64,000 nucleotides of DNA from assembly GCA_965207375.1 (NCBI GenBank), contig OZ242274.1, positions 256,001-320,000 of the forward strand. The letters run 5' to 3'. Below the pieces are notes generated by a model. The model saw only the letters and a program-made list of their open reading frames with translations, searched no databases and was not told the DNA's origin. This stretch comes from Nitrosopumilaceae archaeon. GTDB taxonomy: Archaea > Thermoproteota > Nitrososphaeria > Nitrososphaerales > Nitrosopumilaceae. The position numbers were made by a program, and so were the translations under genes. Shown here one piece after another: positions 30,345-40,595 of this stretch (position 1 is its first letter; each line of letters starts with the position of its first letter).

Positions 30345-30574
30345 AATGATACCCGAAGAGGCAGGTTACAGAAATGATACCCGAAGAGGCAGGTTACAGA
30401 AATGATACCCGAAGAGGCAGGTTACAGAAATGATACCCGAAGAGGCAGGTTACAGAAATGATACCCGAAGAGGCAGGTTACAGAAATGATACCCGAAGAG
30501 GCAGGTTACAGAAATGATACCCGAAGAGGCAGGTTACAGAAATGATACCCGAAGAGGCAGGTTACAGAAATGAT
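30345..30574. repeat. Perfect tandem array: 8 x 28 bp plus a 6-bp partial unit
   Basis: Unit AATGATACCCGAAGAGGCAGGTTACAGA with no spacers. Confidence 0.95.
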
Positions 30575-30599
30575 CACACAATATCAAATTTTAAACATT

Positions 30600-30697
30600 A
30601 GACTTTATGCACAATTGACTAATTCGAAATAAAATTTTTAAATTTAAGGCTAAAAAATGAGCATTTTTAATTCAAAATTCAATTATGCATAAGGTCT
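30600..30697 (-). mobile_element. 98-bp MITE, AGA-ended family
   Basis: TIR AGACTTTATGCACAATTGA / TCAATTATGCATAAGGTCT; ATT TSD; homologs at 50838, 52206 and 59960. Confidence 0.82.
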
Positions 30698-30804
30698 ATT
30701 ACACCTCATACATTTGACAAATTATGCAGCAATTGTGACTTTTGGCATGGGAATTTTTTGATCGATACAACTTGAAATAATCAGCGATCGTCCTCTTGAT
30801 CCTA

Positions 30805-31235
30805 AGAGGTGATCCGTAATTATTTTTTATGCGTGCCTACTGCCATCCAGATGCCCTGCCTCAGTCAGGCCATCTGATTCAACCGCCACAATATGCTGCG
30901 GTTTACCAAACCGCACACAATATCGTTGATCCGGTCGTATTTTATGAGTGGATTCCTGTACACGTTTCCCATAATACGCCAGGTTTTAACCCTGCGTATT
31001 GCATGTTCTACGTATACACGAATCTTTGAGTGGATTTTGTTGTATTCTTTTTGCTCTTCTGTGATCTTTACACCCTTTTTCTTTTTGATTGGAGTGCACA
31101 GTATCCCTCCAGGAACCTCAGGTGCCCCTTGGTATCCTCTGTCTGCATATATGGTGACCTGTATTTCATCAGGTATTTTCTCTGGAAATGTTGGAGGTTT
31201 TTTCTTGTATACTGTAACGTCATGTATTTTTCCTG
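30805..31235 (-). pseudogene. Extra 431-bp copy of the 3' end of the ISL2-like element
   Basis: Direct, slightly diverged repeat of 31236-31666 including the TIR. Confidence 0.88.
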
Positions 31236-31704
31236 AGAGGTGATCCGTAATTATTTTTTATGCGTGTCTGCTGCCATCCAGATGCCCTTCCTCAGTCAGG
31301 CCATCTGATTCAACCGCCACAATATGCTACGGTTTACCAAACCGCACACAATATCGTTGATCCGGTCGTATTTTATGAGTGGATTCCTGTATACGTTTCC
31401 CATAATACGCCAGGTCTTGACCCTGCGTATTGCATGTTCTACGTATACACGAATCTTTGAGTGGATTTTGTTGTATTCTTTTTGCTCTTCTGTGATCTTT
31501 ACACCCTTTTTCTTTTTGATTGGAGTGCACAGTATCCCTCCAGGAACCTCAGGTGCCCCTTGGTATCCTCTGTCTGCATATATGGTGACCTGTGCCTCAT
31601 CAGGTATTTTCTCTGGAAATGTTGGAGGTTTTTTCTTGTATACTGTAACGTCATGTATTTTTCCTGGCGAATGACGTGTCTTGTGCACTATTATCCCATG
31701 CGTG

Positions 31705-33252
31705 TAGTGATTTTAAAAAAGAATGGAACCCAAATTCCTGAAAAAGAGCCTGTCCCCCTATCTTGGACCAAATTTGAGCACAATGTGCCTGTTTAGTTGC
31801 ATTTTGGTCATATTTGGTAACGTATGGGATCAAAGAAATTAGAACTTGCGATACAAAAGATTGACGTGCCTAGAAGCAATTATGACAAAGCAACTAAAGG
31901 CACATCAAGATACACTTGATAATGCCATATTTAACTGCCCATGTTGGGAGGCCGATATTTTATGAAGCCATCCTCAGGGGTAAAGAGAGGAATAGAGTTT
32001 CTCAAAGACACAACTACATCTGAGATGGAACATCGTCTAAAGGCAGAGCACTCTGGCAAGTCACGTGAGCGACTACAGGCAGCACTGCTGCGTAGACAGG
32101 GCCAAGACCTAGAATCTATACGTAAAATCCTAGGACGAGGTAAGGGCAGCATCTCAAGATGGCTCAACAGGATGCAAAAAGAAGGACCCGATGCGATACT
32201 TGACGGTAAGAGTACAGGAAGACCCTGCAAGCTCTCAAAGGTGCAGCAGGAGGCAGTCAAGATATCTCTTGCCCAGGATCCAATGTGCAGCGGTTTTGAG
32301 CGCTCAAACTGGACTGCCAGACTGCTTGGAGTACACATTGAGAACAATTATGGTACACAATACAGTGCATCAGGAGCTCTTGCACTTGCGTATGGCATGG
32401 GCTATTCCATCCGGGTGCCTAGATCTGTACCATACAATACACCTGACAAGGAGACAATTGACAAATATGTAAAAAACACCATACAAGCAATTACGTCACA
32501 TGCATCTGCAGATTATGCCATATATTGTTTGGATGCTGCAGGATTTGCAGACTCGCCGTTTTCTGCTCGCGGGATTCGTCCCATAGGTGGACATGAAACT
32601 GTAAAGTCTAACTTTAAGACTGCTACCACAAAGGCAATAGGCGCACTCGGTCAAGACGGACTAGTCTTGGATTTTTATGACGACGTTGGATCTGATAGTG
32701 TCATAGATTTACTTGAACAGATACGTAAAAAACACGGCAGAGTCTTTGTAATATGTGATAATGCAAGTGGCCACAAATCCAAAAAGATCAAAGAGTATTT
32801 GGAAAAGGCATGCGGTGATGTTGTCCTGTGGTATCTTCCCCCGTACACTCCACAGCACAATCCAATAGAGATGATGTGGCGCGAGATCAAGCGGGCCATT
32901 GCAGGAAGATACTTTGGCAGCTTTGAAAAGATGCATGATACCATAAAGCAGCTAGTACAAAGCGGTGAGGTGGCAACTGTAAAGCTGTTCAAATACATGC
33001 TTGATGCAATAAATCAGGCCAAAAACGTCCTTCAGACATCTGTAATCTGAAAAACATATCAGGATTTCAAGGGTATTGTCTTTTCAGGGCAACCTAAGCT
33101 CAAAACTGTACCAATATGCCAAAACATGCCACAACATGTTTGATTTTATGGATTTGTCGTATATTCTGTCATGATTTTGTATTTTACTGTGACTGAAATC
33201 CAATAGCACAGGCCACAGTCAGAAAGCGTTCCATTCTTTTTTGCGATTACTA
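31705..33252 (+). mobile_element. IS630-like element, copy 2
   Basis: Same TIRs as copy 1; flanked by CGTG on both sides. Confidence 0.9.
31941..33050 (+). CDS. IS630-family transposase
   Basis: Near-identical to 6146-7255 with intact DDE motifs. Confidence 0.92.
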   Translation: MLGGRYFMKPSSGVKRGIEFLKDTTTSEMEHRLKAEHSGKSRERLQAALLRRQGQDLESIRKILGRGKGSISRWLNRMQKEGPDAILDGKSTGRPCKLSKVQQEAVKISLAQDPMCSGFERSNWTARLLGVHIENNYGTQYSASGALALAYGMGYSIRVPRSVPYNTPDKETIDKYVKNTIQAITSHASADYAIYCLDAAGFADSPFSARGIRPIGGHETVKSNFKTATTKAIGALGQDGLVLDFYDDVGSDSVIDLLEQIRKKHGRVFVICDNASGHKSKKIKEYLEKACGDVVLWYLPPYTPQHNPIEMMWREIKRAIAGRYFGSFEKMHDTIKQLVQSGEVATVKLFKYMLDAINQAKNVLQTSVI

Positions 33253-34014
33253 CGTGTTAGTCGTATATTGTACCTTAGAGGTATGTTCTCCTGCCTTGCC
33301 CGAATAGTGAGACTTTTCCATGTCCTTGCGTCCTGGTCTTTGTATTTTCTGTTCTGAGGCATCAACAAGACATCTAAGACCTGGAAGAATCTCTTCTAAT
33401 TCCTCTATGGAGGAAATTCTCTTCATCTGGTCGTGTATCTTGGTAGGTATTGGAATGCATAGTTTTAGGATGGGCTCTATATGTGTAATAGAGCGCGATA
33501 CTGATGCTTGTCCTATTTCAAACATGACTGCTGCTACATCTTGTGTGGTGTATGTACGATAGTAAAACAAAAGTAGCATCACCTGGTCTCGTACATTTAA
33601 TGCGAATCTGCGGCCTGCACCTATTGCGCGCACTCTGTTTTCTCTAGAGAGCCTCTTTTTTTCTGCTCTTGGATACTTTTTTTCCACCTTAGATACCAAC
33701 AAATCAAATTCTTTGGCAGACATGCCTGTTACGGCACGAAATCTTCTGGGATTTTTTACCAGTTTTTCATAGGACATCATGAGTTGTGGTAGATTCGGGC
33801 GATATTTGGATCTTTTTGGTATTGCTAGGCGTGAAATTTAGGGAAATTTGCTAATTACGAATCACATCTCTAGGTGGACCTATTTTTCGTACAATAGAAT
33901 CATTCATCATGACATCTAGTATTCTGTCTCCTATAATATCTCGGATTAGATAGTACTTGATCTCTCTAAAATTTGACTAACCTGCCCCCTAGCATGGTAT
34001 CCATTATGGATTGG

Positions 34015-34130
34015 TATATTTCATGTAAGAATAATTCCCTGGTAGGGAATTATCATGACACAAAGTATAATATTTATATATTTCATCAAGAATAATTTCC
34101 TAATAAGGAATTATCATGACACAAAGTATA
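34015..34130 (+). promoter_or_regulatory. Duplicated promoter/operator unit of the AbiE locus
   Basis: About 55-bp unit repeated at a 61-62 bp offset; each unit holds a 23-bp palindrome (34031-34053, 34092-34114). Confidence 0.75.
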
Positions 34131-34928
34131 CACCTAGGGCCTCAAGAAAACAGGCTTCTTCTTGCACTAGCAGAGAAAGAAATTAGCGTATTTAGTTTTG
34201 ATGAGGCAAAAGACATACTTCAAACCTCTAATCAATCGGTAAGGCATGTTCTCATGGATCTGACCAAAAAAGGCAGACTGCAACGAATCCAAAGGGGCAA
34301 GTATCTATTAGTTCCAGAAAAGGCAGGTAGGGAGCTATACTGGGCCGAATCGCCATGGGTTATTGTCCCGCATCTGATTGATGTCTATTATGTTGGATTT
34401 TGGACAGCTATGAATTACTGGGGAATGACAGAACAAATTCCTTACACCGTTTTTGTGGCAACAACAAAAAGGAAAAATAGTTTGAAATTTGGAAATCAAA
34501 AATTTGAATTTGTAACTCTATCAAAGAAAAAATTCTTTGGGTTTGTTGAGCAAAAAGCTAGTAAAACAGCGACCTTCAACATTTCTTCAAAAGAAAAAAC
34601 AATTGTTGATGGTTTAATACATCCCGAGTATTGTGGTGGGATACCTGAGGTTGCAAAGGCAATGTGGAATGCAAGAGATGATGTAAACTGGTCAACAGTA
34701 TTTGAGATGTCAAAGAGAGTTGGAGTAAGTGTAGTTTTGAGAAGGTTAGGATACCTTTTAAATATTTTAGAGATCGAACAAGGAATTGCACATGATCTAA
34801 AAAATATCTTCAAAGGATATCACTTTCTTGATCCTAACGCGACAAAAGAAAGACTGAGTTATTCTAAAGAATATGGGTTGATTATTAATAGGAGAAAGAA
34901 TCGCCTATTGGGTTGGAGGGAATATTGA
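34116..34928 (+). CDS. AbiEi-type (type IV TA) antitoxin/regulator
   Basis: Winged HTH LTKKGRLQRIQRGKY, YVGFWTAMNYWGMTEQIP and EKTIVD motifs. Confidence 0.88.
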   Translation: MTQSIHLGPQENRLLLALAEKEISVFSFDEAKDILQTSNQSVRHVLMDLTKKGRLQRIQRGKYLLVPEKAGRELYWAESPWVIVPHLIDVYYVGFWTAMNYWGMTEQIPYTVFVATTKRKNSLKFGNQKFEFVTLSKKKFFGFVEQKASKTATFNISSKEKTIVDGLIHPEYCGGIPEVAKAMWNARDDVNWSTVFEMSKRVGVSVVLRRLGYLLNILEIEQGIAHDLKNIFKGYHFLDPNATKERLSYSKEYGLIINRRKNRLLGWREY

Positions 34929-35686
34929 TGGATGATAAGATGATACAAAAATTAGCTGCAAAAGAAAAAGTTCCAATTGGAACAATCGAAAAAGATTATG
35001 CAGTTACAAGTATTCTTTCTGTAATCTCACAATTTCTAAAGATTGACAAAATAGTGTTCAAAGGAGGTACTGCACTAAAAAAAATTCATTTTAATGATTT
35101 CAGATTTTCAGAAGACATCGACTTTACATGTTTAGACGATGTGTCCGAGGAATTGTATTCACTACTAGACCACAAAAAAGACAGTCTTGATTTTACTATA
35201 ACAGATATTAAAAAAGAGACTACGGTAGGAAACAGCAAAAAGTTTACGGTAAAATACAACGGATTTAAGAATTATCCAAACAATGTAAGGGTTGACTTGA
35301 GTCTAAGAGAAAAAGTACAAAATGAATCTCGTAATCTCAATGTCTTGCACAATTACAATGCAATTCCAACTTTCAGTATTCCATCAATGACCATAGAAGA
35401 GATAATGGCAGAAAAGGTTAGAGCGGTAATTTATTCTGGTGCTCCTCGACATCTTTATGATTTGAATTATATTTTTGATAAACAAATATCATTAAATCCT
35501 GACCTAGTCAGAACTAAAATCAGTCTTTATGGTGAAGATTTTGACATTGAGAAGTTCGGCAAAAGCATAGAAGCGATGGAAAAAGAGTGGATTAAAGATT
35601 TGAGTCCATTGCTACCTCAAGATCCGCCTTCATTTAACGCAATCTCTAGTAATGTTTTACAAAAAATATCAGAGATAATGAAATAG
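34928..35686 (+). CDS. AbiEii-type nucleotidyltransferase toxin
   Basis: IEKDY, FKGGTAL, RFSEDIDF, AEKVRA and RHLYDL motifs; TGATG overlap with the antitoxin. Confidence 0.9.
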   Translation: MDDKMIQKLAAKEKVPIGTIEKDYAVTSILSVISQFLKIDKIVFKGGTALKKIHFNDFRFSEDIDFTCLDDVSEELYSLLDHKKDSLDFTITDIKKETTVGNSKKFTVKYNGFKNYPNNVRVDLSLREKVQNESRNLNVLHNYNAIPTFSIPSMTIEEIMAEKVRAVIYSGAPRHLYDLNYIFDKQISLNPDLVRTKISLYGEDFDIEKFGKSIEAMEKEWIKDLSPLLPQDPPSFNAISSNVLQKISEIMK

Positions 35687-35707
35687 TATCAAGGTTCTGT
35701 AAAGATT

Positions 35708-36150
35708 GTAAGTGTTAACGTCGTTTTTACGTCTCTAGAGGTATTTTACCATCTGTACCAGATAATTTAGTCTGGCATTTCTCCACGATACCACACATGA
35801 AAACAGATTACCCAATGTCTCCATGCTTTTCTCAGATCTGATTCTGCCACGTACCTTTCTGTGTACAACAATCTCACGCAGTGCACGTTCTGCTGTATTG
35901 TTGGTAGGGAGGTATGGTAGGATCCAGCACAAACCTGAACAGGTTTGGCAGGGCTCGTCCCAGCTTTCCCATGAATCTTTTGAGATTGTACAGTGGAGTG
36001 TATGTATCAATAATCCTCTTTACACGACGATACAGATTGCGCCGTATTTTTTTGCGCTGTTTATACGAGATACGTGCAGTTATGGTATAGAGGTGCGCAT
36101 AAATTCCTACACCGTAATTCTACACCAGACTCCCATATCACATGAAAATA
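35708..36150 (-). pseudogene. IS66 remnant (terminal repeat plus transposase C-terminus)
   Basis: PTNNTAERALREIVVHRKV; GTAA-starting end at 35708; inner boundary approximate. Confidence 0.8.
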
Positions 36151-36229
36151 ATGAGAAATCATGTCTGATTTTTTTAAAACTGTACAAAAAAACACAAGGC
36201 AAAAAAATATCTGCAAGAACAGTAAAAGA

Positions 36230-36586
36230 TCTGATCGATTTAATCCAAACATGACTGCTACATCCTGTATTGCATACGTACGGTAATAAAACAAAAACAG
36301 TATCACCTAGTTTCGTACTAGTACGAATCTTCGTCCTGCACCTAGTGCACACACTTTGTCTTTTCTAGAGTTTCTTTTTTTCAACTCTTGGATACTTTTT
36401 CCACCTCAAATACTAACAAATCAAATTCTTTGGTAGACATGCCTGTTACGGCTCGAAATCTTTTGGTGTTTTTTACTAGTTCTTTCTAGGACATCATGAG
36501 TTGTAGTAAAATTTGATGATATTTGGATCTTTTTGGTATTGTTAGGCGTGAAATTTAGGGGAATTGGCTAATTACGAATCAACTCT
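36230..36586 (-). pseudogene. Decayed 5' part of the ISL2-like element
   Basis: Clear homology to about 33500-33869 with frameshifts and stops; TIR at 36569-36586. Confidence 0.85.
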
Positions 36587-36626
36587 TTGTTATTCTTTGA
36601 ATCCGTTTCAAGTCACTAAAATGAAA

Positions 36627-36700
36627 TGGACCGGAAGGGATTTGAACCCTTGATCCGATGCATGCCATGCACCTATCCTACCAGGCTAGACGACCGGCCC
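36627..36700 (-). tRNA. tRNA-Ala(GGC)
   Basis: Acceptor GGGCCGG/CCGGTCC with G3:U70, loop ATGGCAT, T-arm GGTTCAAATCC. Confidence 0.92.
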
Positions 36701-36788
36701 AAATCAGAATAAACTGACTGATATATTCTTTCAAGATTGGTTATTAACGTTTAGCGCTTTGATCAAAGATTTGCAAAATAATTAAAAG

Positions 36789-36889
36789 GTATCTGTTAAC
36801 GTTGTTTTGCATTTATGGTAATTTTAGACACAAAATTACTTTGTTATCAAAAAATAGAACAAAAATCTAGACATGATGTTAACATTTAC
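36789..36889 (+). mobile_element. 101-bp MITE with IS66-like ends (copy 1)
   Basis: GTATCTGTTAAC..GTTAACATTTAC; near-identical to 63364-63464. Confidence 0.85.
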
Positions 36890-36927
36890 AACATAAGATA
36901 TTTAACCATTCAAAACTTGGTTAACAA

Positions 36928-37773
36928 GTGGTAGTAGACAACAAGGCAACCATTACATACATTCAAACCTTGAAAGAAGATTTGAGCATATTTAGAATAG
37001 TTCCAAAGGAAGGTGGGATTCCAGATTTTCGTGCAGGCCAATTTATCACATTAGGATTGCCAAATCCCGAAGAAGACAATAAAATCGTAAGAAGGGCATA
37101 TTCCATTGCATCTCATCCAGAAAATAAACAATACATAGAATTAGTAATCAGGTGGGTGAGAAAACCGCTTCCGGGCAGATTTACCACCCAATTATTCAAT
37201 GCAAAAGAAGGAGATGAGATTAGCTGGTTAAAACCCTCAGGATTGGCTTTGGACATAAACGAAAAACTTCCGGATGGATCAAAGGATGAAAGAAGAATTG
37301 TCTGCATTGGAGGAGGAACAGGACTGGCTCCATTTGTCAGCTATGCGCAACACCTTCATGATATCGGAGATAAAAGAGAGATTGTCGTACTTCACGGTGC
37401 AAGTTATGTAGATGAATTATCTTACAAGGGATTGTTAAGTGATTTGGAGATAGAAAGTATCGACAAGGGCACAGACAAGTGGAATTTCAAGTACAGGGCA
37501 GCAATCAGTAGACCACAAGAATGGTTCAATAGATCATGGTCAGGACAGGTGGGAAGAGTCGAGACGTTTCTTAGACCACGAGATAACGGCAAATCTCCAT
37601 TAGAAGAGTTGGTGGGAGAACCAATTACCAAAGACAATACGATATTTTACATCTGTGGGTGGCAGGGAACCATTGATGGTGCAATGGACTTTTTAAAGCC
37701 AAAAGGCTTTGTGACACAACGAGACAAACGACAAGACGGAAGCTTTGAAGTCAAATACGAATCATACGGCTAG
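36928..37773 (+). CDS. Ferredoxin--NADP(+) reductase
   Basis: GQF, RRAYSIAS, GGTGLAPF and YICG motifs. Confidence 0.9.
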   Translation: MVVDNKATITYIQTLKEDLSIFRIVPKEGGIPDFRAGQFITLGLPNPEEDNKIVRRAYSIASHPENKQYIELVIRWVRKPLPGRFTTQLFNAKEGDEISWLKPSGLALDINEKLPDGSKDERRIVCIGGGTGLAPFVSYAQHLHDIGDKREIVVLHGASYVDELSYKGLLSDLEIESIDKGTDKWNFKYRAAISRPQEWFNRSWSGQVGRVETFLRPRDNGKSPLEELVGEPITKDNTIFYICGWQGTIDGAMDFLKPKGFVTQRDKRQDGSFEVKYESYG

Positions 37774-37837
37774 ACATGTACAACTGCGATGCTGTTGACT
37801 CTATAATTGAAATAGAACCAGAAAAAAGAAAATTTAA

Positions 37838-38434
37838 TTGACAACTGCACTTTATCTAGCTCATCTTAATCCGGTAACAAAGGCACATGTAGAAATAATT
37901 AGAGAACTACAATCTATGGCACAAAAAGTCAAGGTTATGCCTGTAGTCTTCAAAGAGGCAGATAAGGAAATCAACAGTAAAAGCTTTCCATTTACCTATG
38001 AAAACAGAAAAGAAATGATCAAAGCAGAATTTGCCAATGAAATAGAGGTCACAGATGATTATACATTTTTTGCACCGTTTAGAAAATATACGCCTCCACT
38101 AATTGCACCAAAATCTTGGAAGTTACGAAAACAAATACTCTGTGGGGTCAAAGGGGATTATTTTACATATACTGGGGACAGAGCCGAGGGGCTAATGTTA
38201 AAAATTTACAGACTTCGACCAAAAATCGGCACAAGAAAATCATTATCTGCTACATCCGTAAAAGAAAAACTCTACAGGTCCGCCGTTGGCATGGAATCTG
38301 ATTGGCAAAACGATGTTTCAGAAAATGTCGCAAAGGTTATTGTACAACATTGGGATGTGGTGAAAAAATTCTCTAGTATAGAAGACAAAACTACAAGAGT
38401 TTTAGGTATGAAATTTCCCAAAGAGGGCTATTAA
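37838..38434 (+). CDS. HIGH-type nucleotidyltransferase (cytidylyltransferase-like)
   Basis: HLNPVTKAH, FPFTYENR and LSATSVK motifs. Confidence 0.78.
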   Translation: MTTALYLAHLNPVTKAHVEIIRELQSMAQKVKVMPVVFKEADKEINSKSFPFTYENRKEMIKAEFANEIEVTDDYTFFAPFRKYTPPLIAPKSWKLRKQILCGVKGDYFTYTGDRAEGLMLKIYRLRPKIGTRKSLSATSVKEKLYRSAVGMESDWQNDVSENVAKVIVQHWDVVKKFSSIEDKTTRVLGMKFPKEGY

Positions 38435-38471
38435 CACATAGATTAATTATAATTGGATTTACAGTGTTTTT

Positions 38472-39389
38472 ATGAAATTACCGCTATCAAAATATCTGTG
38501 GCTTGATGGAAAGTTTGTCACACAAGACCAGGCCAAGGTCCCAATTACAACACACGCAATACATTATGGAACATCCGTATTTGAGGGAATCAGAGCATAT
38601 GGTAATTCAAAGAACCTGTTTATTTTCAGATTAAAAGACCACATTAGGCGATTCAGAAGGTCAGGAGAGTTTTATGACATGTCATTGAACTATTCTGATG
38701 AACAGATAAAATGTGCCATAATTGACCTATGCAAGAAAAACAAGTTAAAAAAATCCACATACATTAGACCATTTTATTTTGTAGGGCAATACGGAATCAA
38801 TCTGCACGTTACAAAAAAGGCGCCAACACACTTGGGAATTTTTGCATTTCCATTTGGAGACCTGTTTAACAAAAATGGAATAACAGTAGGAGTTTCATCA
38901 TGGAGAAAATTTTCAGACGCCTCTACTCCACCCCAGGCAAAAATGGGAGGAAATTATCTAAATTCCATAATAGCCACACAGGAAGCAAAACGTAATGGAT
39001 ATGATGAGGCGCTTTTGCTAGATCATAACGGCAATGTGTCTGAGGCGCCAGGTGAGAATATTTTCATCGTACGAGACGAGCATCTAATTACTCCTCCCCT
39101 TGGCTCATCTGCACTAGATGGGTTGACACGGAATGCAATAATTGAGATTGCACAAGATTTTGATATTCCAATTGTCGAGCGGGAAATACCTAGAAGCGAA
39201 TTACATACAGCAGACGAGATATTTCTCTCAGGAACAGCTGCTGAAATTACGCCTGTAAAATCCATAGACGGCAAAAAAATTGCAGGTGGCACAGTCGGGA
39301 AAATAACAAAAAAGTTGATGCATCAGTATGATGATATCGTAATGAATAGAAACAATAACTACTCAAAATGGATTACCTTGGTGTACTAG
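38472..39389 (+). CDS. ilvE: Branched-chain amino acid aminotransferase
   Basis: HYGTSVFEG, AKMGGNY, EAPGENIF and GTAAEI motifs. Confidence 0.95.
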   Translation: MKLPLSKYLWLDGKFVTQDQAKVPITTHAIHYGTSVFEGIRAYGNSKNLFIFRLKDHIRRFRRSGEFYDMSLNYSDEQIKCAIIDLCKKNKLKKSTYIRPFYFVGQYGINLHVTKKAPTHLGIFAFPFGDLFNKNGITVGVSSWRKFSDASTPPQAKMGGNYLNSIIATQEAKRNGYDEALLLDHNGNVSEAPGENIFIVRDEHLITPPLGSSALDGLTRNAIIEIAQDFDIPIVEREIPRSELHTADEIFLSGTAAEITPVKSIDGKKIAGGTVGKITKKLMHQYDDIVMNRNNNYSKWITLVY

Positions 39390-40325
39390 ATGAAAATAGC
39401 ACAAATAGGAACCGGAGGATGGGGCAAGAACCACACCAGAATTCTCTCTCAGCTAAATGTGTTGTGTGCAGTCTGTGATACAGATAAGGAAAAAAGCACA
39501 CAATATTCCCAAAAATATTCGGTACACGGGTACAATTCCGTAGATGACTTGTTGGCAAACGAAGAGTTTGACGGTGTTTTTGTATGTACTCCAACATCTA
39601 CCCACGCACAAATTACTGCACAGTTACTTGAAGCAAAAAAACATGTTTTTGTTGAAAAGCCATTGACATATGACTCTGGTGATGGTGAGAAATTACACAA
39701 ATTAGCGATTAAAAACAAGGTACTGCTGACCTCAGGATACATTGAGCGATTCAATCCTGCAGTGGATATTGTAAAGGATTTTGTAGAGTCAAAAAAATAC
39801 GGCGACTTGGTAATGTTGGAATTTCACAGGGAAAACAGAATGCCGTTACACATCAAAGACGTTGGAATAATCTATGACACATCAGTACATGATATTGATA
39901 CTGCAATGTGGCTCTTTGATGAGACGCCAAATGTGGTATTTGCAAGAGCAGGACAAATCAAACACGACCATGAAGATTTTGCCTCAATTATGTTGGGCTT
40001 TGAGAATAACAGGGTAGCAATAATTTCATCAAACTGGATAACTCCTACAAAGGTAAGAAAATTCAATGCCGTATGTACGGATGCTATAATTTCATCGGAT
40101 TTTATCACACAGGAAATCAAGGTTGAAAAAAACGAGGATACAGAAATTCCAAGAAATACAAAAAAGGAACCACTTTTACTGGAAATTCAAAACTTTATTG
40201 ATGCCGTCGGCGGCAATTCTGAATTAAGGGTAAAGCCTGAGCAGGCAGTAAATGTGACCAAAATTGCAGAGGCAGCACTTTTATCAAGTAAGAAAGGTGC
40301 ACCAATTTATCTAGAGTTAAAATGA
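39390..40325 (+). CDS. Gfo/Idh/MocA oxidoreductase (nucleotide-sugar dehydrogenase-like)
   Basis: GTGGWG, EKP, ERFNPAV and DTSVHDID motifs. Confidence 0.9.
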   Translation: MKIAQIGTGGWGKNHTRILSQLNVLCAVCDTDKEKSTQYSQKYSVHGYNSVDDLLANEEFDGVFVCTPTSTHAQITAQLLEAKKHVFVEKPLTYDSGDGEKLHKLAIKNKVLLTSGYIERFNPAVDIVKDFVESKKYGDLVMLEFHRENRMPLHIKDVGIIYDTSVHDIDTAMWLFDETPNVVFARAGQIKHDHEDFASIMLGFENNRVAIISSNWITPTKVRKFNAVCTDAIISSDFITQEIKVEKNEDTEIPRNTKKEPLLLEIQNFIDAVGGNSELRVKPEQAVNVTKIAEAALLSSKKGAPIYLELK

Positions 40326-40591
40326 ACAAGAAACTGTTAGACATACTTGCATGTCCACTTGACAAAACTCATCCATTGGAATTGTATCAGTGTAACACAA
40401 AAGGTGATGTTATAGTAGAGGGGGCTCTGTACTGTGTTAAATGCATGCGATTTTTCCCAATTATAGAGGAGATTCCAATCATGTTGCCCGACGATCTCAG
40501 GGATAAAAATCATGAAATAGAATTTCTTGGAAAAAACAAAGAAAAATTACCCGAAAAAATAATTAAACAAGGACAACCATGGCATTTGTGA
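40322..40591 (+). CDS. Trm112-family protein
   Basis: LLDILACP..CVKC..FPIIEEIPIML. Confidence 0.88.
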   Translation: MNKKLLDILACPLDKTHPLELYQCNTKGDVIVEGALYCVKCMRFFPIIEEIPIMLPDDLRDKNHEIEFLGKNKEKLPEKIIKQGQPWHL

Positions 40592-40595
40592 TACC

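Larger units (their letters stand above)
31296..33780 (-). pseudogene. ISL2-like transposase interrupted at 31705-33252
   Basis: N-half (VDASEQ, YSGK) at 33253-33780 and C-half (ADRGYQG, RVYVEHAIRRVK) at 31296-31704 rejoin in frame. Confidence 0.9.
31236..33869 (-). mobile_element. Second IS5/ISL2-like element, split by IS630 copy 2
   Basis: TIR AGAGGTGATCCGTAATTA / TAATTACGAATCACATCT (16/18). Confidence 0.85.

Noticed and set aside
30345-30574. CRISPR array
   Set aside because: Units are contiguous with no spacers, and there are no cas genes in the window
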